Position numbers and translations under genes: made by a program
IMG/VR virus record: IMGVR_UViG_3300030000_000007
Span: 5,432 to 69,431 of that record
Strand: one strand, 5' to 3'
Length of the DNA stretch: 64,000 nucleotides
Source: a virus
Notes under the pieces: model-generated
Database searches by the model: none
The model's input: the letters and a program-made list of their open reading frames with translations, nothing else
What the model was told of the DNA's origin: nothing
Part shown: positions 57,460 to 64,000 of the stretch, piece after piece
Layout: each line of letters opens with the position of its first letter
How positions within the stretch are numbered: position 1 is the first letter of the stretch

Positions 57460-58537
57460 TCGATAAATCCTCTGTAACCTTTGCTATCTTTTCTTCTAAC
57501 GTACCTGTCAATAGAGTATATTTCAAACAGTGTGAGGTAAGGTAATCAACATAAAATTCATGACCTTTATTTCTAAAGGTTTCATCTTGACGCGTACCAT
57601 CTTGAACCATTGGGAAGTCTGGTGCACAAAGATAAATCTTGTCATATCGAGTATCACACTTTGCCACGATACTCTTTAAGTTCGATGAAATTCGCCCAAA
57701 CCATTCCCTACTGTAGAATGATGTTGTGAGTGGTGAAGTATCACAAATTAGAAATTCTCCTGGTGTCAAACATCTCAGTTGAGTTTGTTCAGTTGATAAT
57801 TGAGTTTTTCCAATATGTTCCATATCTTCATAATTCAACTTTCCACCACGTTTATCGTAAAAGTATCTTCCAAATTCCACGACTGGGGGTACACTGAAAA
57901 TGTCAGCAACTGCCTCTGAAATTACTGTTTTTCCAGTAGATTCTCCACCCAAAAACAAAATCTTCTTAATGAATGATTGCTTAACATGTAAAGACAGAAA
58001 ATTGCTATTCATCAGATGTTCTCTATCAGCGAATGCTTTTCGTAACTCTGTTCCTGAAATAGGGTATCGAACACGCTGTTGATCAACCATAACATGATCA
58101 ACAGATACTTTAGTAGAAAGTTCTGTTGAAAAGTAATTAGACAGATATTCAGCGAACCCTGGCCCGTAATCTTCTGAAGTAAATACTGCTTGAACTGTTG
58201 TCTGAACAAAGTTGAGCAAATAGTTTGCACAAAAATGACGATGTGCATCATCTGGTGCATTATCTTTTAATGTGTTTTTAACAACAAAATCTAAAACGTG
58301 AACCTCTGTACGTTTAATTTCAGATTCCCATAGACTGTTTTTGATCCAGTTTTCGCGGGTATCAGCATCACAGCCTTCAAATTCTTCAGATGTGTAACTG
58401 AGAATGATAACCTTCTCACAATGATTCAGTGCAGTACGAATTACTAATTCGTGCCCTATATGAAGAGGACAAAACTTACCCACAACTAAACCTGTTGCGT
58501 ACTTATACATTTTTGAATCTTTCTTTGATGTTTGCAA
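57452..58537 (-). CDS. nadR: NadR-type NMN adenylyltransferase / ribosylnicotinamide kinase (no HTH)
   Basis: GKFCPLHIGH; ISGTELR; P-loop GGESTGKT; EFGR; CDT; QDGTR. Confidence 0.9.
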   Translation of the reverse strand: MQTSKKDSKMYKYATGLVVGKFCPLHIGHELVIRTALNHCEKVIILSYTSEEFEGCDADTRENWIKNSLWESEIKRTEVHVLDFVVKNTLKDNAPDDAHRHFCANYLLNFVQTTVQAVFTSEDYGPGFAEYLSNYFSTELSTKVSVDHVMVDQQRVRYPISGTELRKAFADREHLMNSNFLSLHVKQSFIKKILFLGGESTGKTVISEAVADIFSVPPVVEFGRYFYDKRGGKLNYEDMEHIGKTQLSTEQTQLRCLTPGEFLICDTSPLTTSFYSREWFGRISSNLKSIVAKCDTRYDKIYLCAPDFPMVQDGTRQDETFRNKGHEFYVDYLTSHCLKYTLLTGTLEEKIAKVTEDLSNE

Positions 58538-58748
58538 GCGCAGCTATCTTTGCGGTTTTATACGAACCGGATGCTGAGCAGTTCGTGTCTGGAATAGCAT
58601 CTTCAATAGCTGCAACACATTGGTCAACAACCAAATTAACAAGATTCTCCAAGTCTTCTTTAATGAATGGATTCTGTGGAATCATTACATAGTTCAAACG
58701 TGCTTTTTCTACCATTGATTCAATAAGCTTATTCATCTTTAACTCCAA
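58503..58748 (-). CDS. small paralog-family protein
   Basis: ENLVNLVVDQCV..IKERF. Confidence 0.55.
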   Translation of the reverse strand: MELKMNKLIESMVEKARLNYVMIPQNPFIKEDLENLVNLVVDQCVAAIEDAIPDTNCSASGSYKTAKIAALANIKERFKNV

Positions 58749-59405
58749 GATTGTTTACTTCATCACCTGCGACATTTAGAAGTTGATAACTTGCAATAAT
58801 ATTCTCATCAAGCAGACGTTTACCAAGGCCCAATAGCACGTCTTTATTTTCTTCGGTAGCAGCAATTGCCCTACCTCCATCACCAGCAAGTAATACCTGG
58901 TTACGAGAGTGTGGATATGTAATGATCAAGTAATAAGAAACTTCATTTGCATTCATGTTTAACTCCTAAATGTGAATATGAAATATTATATCACATTACT
59001 CTTCATCTAAGTACTGTTGGTAATGTTGTTTAAGAATAGATTCAACAGCATCTTCATATTTTAGAGGAAAGTATTGTAGGTCTTCAAACTCAACCGATTC
59101 AGTCCATTTGATTTGGTGACCAAATTTTAACCAATCCTCATAAGATAATTTTTCATTCATTTGGACCAATCTCCGTTGCTGAATCAAAGAAGCGTTGTCT
59201 TGAATTTGGAAATTCCTTTTCATAATCTGGATGTGGTTCGCCCAATGCATATTCGCTATTTTGCGTCACCAGATTGTTTCCGCGTTTTCCTCTAATGGCT
59301 GATGTGATAATATCTTCACCACAATAATCACCAATAATACACTGTTTCATATCTTCTGGAGCAATATATGGACCAAGGTCACCTCTATAAATTATTGCCC
59401 AGTTA

Positions 59406-59687
59406 TCAATTTTTCTCATTTACTTTTCTCCATACTTCTTTTAAAATTTCCATTGATCTAGCATCTGGATGTTCAGGAGAACAGTCACAGCCATCATCAC
59501 CAATGATAGGTGTCCATGTTTCTCTCCACATACCAAAATCGTTTCTTATTTGACGACCAACATTGTTGTGATATGCTACCAATTTTTCAATGGTACAATT
59601 TTTAAATATTTGTTGATCTACTTCTGGAGCTTCTTTTAACCACTCCAAAACAATCTCCACCATTTTTTCATCTTTAGTCTTTTTCAT
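59406..59687 (-). CDS. hypothetical protein
   Basis: YHNNVGRQIRNDFGMW..HPDARSMEI motif. Confidence 0.7.
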   Translation of the reverse strand: MKKTKDEKMVEIVLEWLKEAPEVDQQIFKNCTIEKLVAYHNNVGRQIRNDFGMWRETWTPIIGDDGCDCSPEHPDARSMEILKEVWRKVNEKN

Positions 59688-60487
59688 TATTCTCTGCCGT
59701 AAAATTTATTGAAGTGGGCTTCAACAACCTTAGTAATTATATCTTCGATTGAAATTTTCTTCATTTCTTCGTCTACACGTCTTTCAATAATTTCAGACAG
59801 TTTTTGATTGAACAAAGTATCGACATTGACTGGCTCATCTTTCTTCACGTAAAGAGCTACATATTTTTCAATGTTATATCGTGCATTTGCTTCCCATTTA
59901 GTCCTACCATATTCAGTATGGTAGATGTGTTCTCTACATGTCAAAAACTGCTTGAGAAAATCTGCACATTTATACTTGTCAGTTTCAAAATTCCCACCAT
60001 TTTCTAAAATGATTCTATCTTGATTCTGAACAAATACTTCAAATGAAGGTGTACCCAATGAATTCAAATCTGCATCTAACAGATAACCCAATGGGGTTGA
60101 GATATTTTCAGACATGAGATGATCTTTTACTGTCGTCTTTTTGATATAGTAAAAAGCCTTCCTACAAATATCTGTCAAGATAGGGTCAAGAGGATAGATA
60201 TTTATACTACAGATTAATGCCCAAAGTGCAGACGCAGATTTTGCTTCATTATCTGAGTTCCCTGGTACATAAACTGCATCATGCCAATAAGCAGCAATCA
60301 AAAGAGCATAATGTGTTTCATGACCGAAATCGTGCTTAAACATGTCCTTAATGCAATCAGCAACATTAAGCGCATGGTTCCAATTGTGATATGGTGTTTT
60401 GGGTGAATGTTTTTTGTAGAAACATTCAGCAGATAGACCTAGTTTTTCAAAATCAAAAATAGTTTGAGTATTAATGTTGTTCTTCAT
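59687..60487 (-). CDS. HD-domain metal-dependent phosphohydrolase
   Basis: YHNWNHA..AAYWHDAVY..NEAKSA..LLDADL. Confidence 0.85.
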   Translation of the reverse strand: MKNNINTQTIFDFEKLGLSAECFYKKHSPKTPYHNWNHALNVADCIKDMFKHDFGHETHYALLIAAYWHDAVYVPGNSDNEAKSASALWALICSINIYPLDPILTDICRKAFYYIKKTTVKDHLMSENISTPLGYLLDADLNSLGTPSFEVFVQNQDRIILENGGNFETDKYKCADFLKQFLTCREHIYHTEYGRTKWEANARYNIEKYVALYVKKDEPVNVDTLFNQKLSEIIERRVDEEMKKISIEDIITKVVEAHFNKFYGRE

Positions 60488-60776
60488 ATTTATTTCTAAA
60501 AGTATCTTGCCCCATTACTGAAAATTCTTGACCATCCTTAATAATGAAATCCCCCTCAAATGCTAAAAGATTTGCTATAAGATTTGATGTACGTCTTTGC
60601 CACTTTTTTGTTCCAGATATTTCAGCTTCTCCAACAGCTTTAATGTGGCGATCTTTACGAACTTCTACAAAAGCATCACCACAAAAATGTTTGAGAGCTT
60701 CAATTCCTTCTTCAGTATAAACAAACTGAATTGCTTCAATTACATCTGGTTTCTTATTGTAAAATTTTGCTAACAT
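60471..60776 (-). CDS. hypothetical phage protein
   Basis: KKPDVIEAIQF..GDFIIK..F..KY motif. Confidence 0.7.
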   Translation of the reverse strand: MLAKFYNKKPDVIEAIQFVYTEEGIEALKHFCGDAFVEVRKDRHIKAVGEAEISGTKKWQRRTSNLIANLLAFEGDFIIKDGQEFSVMGQDTFRNKYEEQH

Positions 60777-61411
60777 TATTTTCTGTGCCTAAAGGATTGT
60801 TTGAGATCAAATCCATGAGAAGAAATACGTTCCTTATCAGTCATAGAAACAGCAGGCATTTCATCTGGAGATGGTTTAATCGTGTTACATAAGAAATGTG
60901 AAATTTCTTGATATGCTTGTTCAGGAGTCATCAAAGCAGCAAAACCGATATTCCCAAGAACAGGAATCAATTCATCAACACGCACAAAGTTCCATCCATG
61001 ATATGAACTAAAAGTGAATACTGGAGCATTAAGATTTTTTGAAACTCCCAATATTGTTGAATTGGGTTTACCATTTATTTCACTATTTGATCTCAATGAT
61101 CTAAAATACCTAGTCGCCCACTTATATTTACTGTCATCACTTTTACCAAATTGTTTTTCCAATTCTAGTGGAGTCATGATGTGGTAATTAATGGAATCAT
61201 ACGAAATCATCAAGTAAATAATTCCACAAAATGCTAACCATTTAAAATACTTTTTACCTGGATCCGATAATGGACATAAAATTCCATTTGAAACAGATAC
61301 TTCATCAACGCTAAATGAAAATGGTCTGCGCTCATAGGTAATAGATTTATCCACCCCATAAATATGGGAGACATAATCGTAGTAATCTTTAAATGGCGAA
61401 ATTATTTGCAT
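60776..61411 (-). CDS. hypothetical phage protein
   Basis: IISPFKDYYD..SHGFDLKQSFRHRK. Confidence 0.75.
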   Translation of the reverse strand: MQIISPFKDYYDYVSHIYGVDKSITYERRPFSFSVDEVSVSNGILCPLSDPGKKYFKWLAFCGIIYLMISYDSINYHIMTPLELEKQFGKSDDSKYKWATRYFRSLRSNSEINGKPNSTILGVSKNLNAPVFTFSSYHGWNFVRVDELIPVLGNIGFAALMTPEQAYQEISHFLCNTIKPSPDEMPAVSMTDKERISSHGFDLKQSFRHRK

Positions 61412-61440
61412 GATGTTATTATATCATAAAACTTTACTGA

Positions 61441-61821
61441 TTAATCTTCAACAAAAGTAACAACACCTGTTAACGTTTTCATCCCACCTGTTCCATCAAA
61501 GCGGTACCCCCAATAAGAACCTTCATTATCACCCTCTAAGGAACCGAATGTGATATCACCTTTAACTTTTAGTTCTTTGAGCTTATCTGAAATACTGCTA
61601 ACATAATCCATATGCTCCATATGATCTTCACTAAAAATCAAATCATATTTGTTTTTCTTATTGGATTCAAATAGATCATACAATCTGTCTTCATCTGAGT
61701 CATATTCAACATCTGTTTCACCAGCAACTGCAAGAAGAAATTCACGGTCTTTAGAAAGTTCAAGAGCTTGCTTTTTGTTTAAATGTACAGTGTTAGAAAT
61801 ATTTGATATAGACCATCCCAT
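61441..61821 (-). CDS. hypothetical protein
   Basis: 126-aa ORF, GAGG SD. Confidence 0.65.
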   Translation of the reverse strand: MGWSISNISNTVHLNKKQALELSKDREFLLAVAGETDVEYDSDEDRLYDLFESNKKNKYDLIFSEDHMEHMDYVSSISDKLKELKVKGDITFGSLEGDNEGSYWGYRFDGTGGMKTLTGVVTFVED

Positions 61822-62283
61822 GTTGGTACCTCTAAATGTTTGTTTGTAAAATTAAGGGTTAACTCGTTGACACCACAATTCACCTTTAAATACTTCGTTT
61901 GCGATTTCTTCAGTTGGAAAGTATTCTGAATCACGTGAGCCAGGTTCCTGATAACCATCAGGATTGTTGTAGAGTGTACCAATGTACCACCCTGCAGCAG
62001 ACTTAAGAACTTGCAATTTCGTATAACGATCTTTGTCGTCAATATAATCTGCATCAGTAACAAGTGGTGATTTCATTTTTTCTCCCAAGGTTTAGTTTTC
62101 GCTTCTTCTTTCACAATGCCTGTTGCTTCTTCCTTAGATTTCTTTTCAACATGCATCAATTGTTTCAATCTATCTGCTGTCCATTTGATCTCAACCTCAG
62201 ATAGTCCGCTTAAAGCAGCAAGAAATGCAACCCCATTGTAGGTCCCATCTGCATTCTTAAATTCATCTAACATATCAATTTGC

Positions 62284-62682
62284 CTACGTAATTGTTGTTG
62301 AACCCATATCTCGCTGATCTCGCTGATCACATGCGTATGTAGTGACAACGTAACTAAGAGATTCAATGCGGCGACGAACTACAGGGTCAATTGAGCCATT
62401 TATTGTTATGGATGACTTACCAACACCAGCAGCCATTTTAATGAGATTAAAAATCTCTAAAGTTTCTTTTCGCAGATAATCTCCATTCAATGCACGTGCT
62501 TTATCTGACATTTTTCGAGCAGCATCTGCCGACAGATATTCATCAGTTGGTGAACGACCCATTGATGTTCGTCCAACTGAAATTGAGCCATCTTTAATTG
62601 CCAAATCCCATCCATCACCTGGTCTCATTTTCCTTCCCCCTTCATTATCTTGATCTTCTGCCCACGTACGTGAATCACTCAT
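62284..62682 (-). CDS. hypothetical protein
   Basis: 132-aa ORF, coupled. Confidence 0.6.
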   Translation of the reverse strand: MSDSRTWAEDQDNEGGRKMRPGDGWDLAIKDGSISVGRTSMGRSPTDEYLSADAARKMSDKARALNGDYLRKETLEIFNLIKMAAGVGKSSITINGSIDPVVRRRIESLSYVVTTYACDQRDQRDMGSTTIT

Positions 62683-63185
62683 TTTGTTTCTGTTAATTTA
62701 ACAGGTGACACGATGACATCAGTTCCAACAAACACTGGTTCGGCCTTATCACCAGTCAGACACATGACCCAATATGCATTACTGGAATTGGGGGTGAAGA
62801 GTCCATTTGGTTCTGCTTGAGGCATTGTTCCGAAAGCAGTTCCATTATCACGAACTACCTTATCTGGATTCGTAAAACCAGTTGCATCATTGATTGCATA
62901 GCCCATTGAATCACAGAAAAATACTGGCTTACCTGTCATTTTGTTGAAGGTGTATGTGAAAGTGCGCAGGCCATCTTGATCACGTTTTTCATAGATCATT
63001 TTCAACAAACGTTTTTCACGGAAATTATGAATCGCTGGCATACCAACAGCAGAAGTTCCTTCTTTAAGAATAGATTCTTGTTGATCACGTTGAATAGAAT
63101 CACTAGAACGTTTTTGATCGCAGCCCGCCAAAATACCAACAGAAGCAGCAATAGCGAGAATAATAAGAGAATGTTTCATTTTCAA
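62679..63185 (-). CDS. lipoprotein
   Basis: Lipobox LAGC; PQAEPNGLF motif. Confidence 0.8.
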   Translation of the reverse strand: MKMKHSLIILAIAASVGILAGCDQKRSSDSIQRDQQESILKEGTSAVGMPAIHNFREKRLLKMIYEKRDQDGLRTFTYTFNKMTGKPVFFCDSMGYAINDATGFTNPDKVVRDNGTAFGTMPQAEPNGLFTPNSSNAYWVMCLTGDKAEPVFVGTDVIVSPVKLTETK

Positions 63186-63562
63186 AGTCCTTTAATAAAG
63201 TCAGTCAAGTCTTGAGGAAGTGCATCTGCTGGAATCCCAACAGCTTTATGTTTAATCACATCAGCTAATGCAGGCTTAATAGCAGCATCTGCTTTAATGT
63301 ATTCAATTTGGAGAGAATGAAGTTCTTGAACCATACCATCTCGATATGCTTTTGAATTTTCAAATGTCTCACGACGAACTTGTTCAAATTGAGGATTGAA
63401 TACTTTTTGGAAGATCAACGTATTACCTGCGATCACCCAAATTAGTAAAAATCCAACTAGGATAGCAGCTATCCAACCACCAATCAATTTTAAATATGCC
63501 ATTTCAATCCTCCAATTTTTGTACGTGACTACGAGGGATGGTAAAGAACGGAATATCACCAT
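63182..63562 (-). CDS. membrane protein paired with the lipoprotein (probable start MAYL)
   Basis: TM segment; EQVRRETFENSKAY motif. Confidence 0.7.
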   Translation of the reverse strand: MVIFRSLPSLVVTYKNWRIEMAYLKLIGGWIAAILVGFLLIWVIAGNTLIFQKVFNPQFEQVRRETFENSKAYRDGMVQELHSLQIEYIKADAAIKPALADVIKHKAVGIPADALPQDLTDFIKGL

Positions 63563-63700
63563 CTTCTTTAAGAGTTAAAGCGATATGCTCTACACCAGTT
63601 TCCCGCTCATCATCCCCAACTAACCCATAAGTGTGATACTTATATGGATAAGCAATTGTTCCTTCTGGGTGTTCAAACCTTTTGGCTAGCAATTTATATT

Positions 63701-63934
63701 TCATCGTACCTGTCCTCGATATTGAGCAACCATATACCATTCCGGGGTAGAAGTTGCCGTATTGTCTTTGTTGTAATCTTTACAGAATCCCAAAGCCGCC
63801 GGTTCAGAATCAAAATACTTTATTTCATCAAGTTTTTGACCCCAGCCACTTTCACTTTCTATGATGTCAACTCTGAATGCAGGTTGAAGATTAATTTCGG
63901 CCATCTGTGTCTCCTTTTTTACGACGTGAACCAC
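63701..63934 (-). CDS. hypothetical phage protein
   Basis: IESESGWGQKLDE..TPEWY motif. Confidence 0.7.
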   Translation of the reverse strand: MVHVVKKETQMAEINLQPAFRVDIIESESGWGQKLDEIKYFDSEPAALGFCKDYNKDNTATSTPEWYMVAQYRGQVR

Positions 63935-64000
63935 TTATAACAACAATACTTTTCATTTTTTCTATGGAGTTAAATGAAATGTAATAACCAAAATCGAAGA

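Noticed and set aside
1-64000. Genome-wide TAG recoding (genetic code 15)
   Set aside because: Long genes are intact in code 11 and several plausible genes end in TAG (33793, 34365, 52934, 53663). Only the Pth2-like gene shows a convincing internal TAG.

Overview
AT-rich window of a large T4-like/jumbo myophage genome, almost entirely on the minus strand. It has T4-type late promoters (TATAAATA) and early promoters (GTTTAC-N17-TATAAT); the host is probably a betaproteobacterium (inference). 0-30 kb holds tail-fibre/PAAR genes, RNA-repair and translation-related enzymes (HNH-RNA ligase, HAD phosphatase, Pth2-like, YqeY, NADAR, TilS) and many small paralogous ORFs. 30-46.5 kb is a dense stable-RNA region with more than 20 tRNAs, many irregular tRNA-like RNAs, Y-RNA-like RNAs, an array of stem-bracketed RNA cassettes and four homing endonucleases. 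46.5-64 kb holds a macrodomain protein, an SBP-LysM/TPR membrane cluster and NAD+ salvage genes (Nampt, NadM-Nudix, NadR). The most striking signals all concern sensing and protecting translation: (1) an amber-suppressor tRNA directly upstream of a Pth2-like gene with an in-frame UAG at codon 4; (2) a Ser/Tyr-rich leader-peptide attenuator in front of the Ser/Tyr/Leu-rich tRNA region, with a second attenuator of the same design at the window start; (3) an RNA resembling the 23S rRNA GTPase-associated centre; (4) a circularly permuted tRNA(CAU) beside tilS. All calls were read by eye; no database search or folding program was run.
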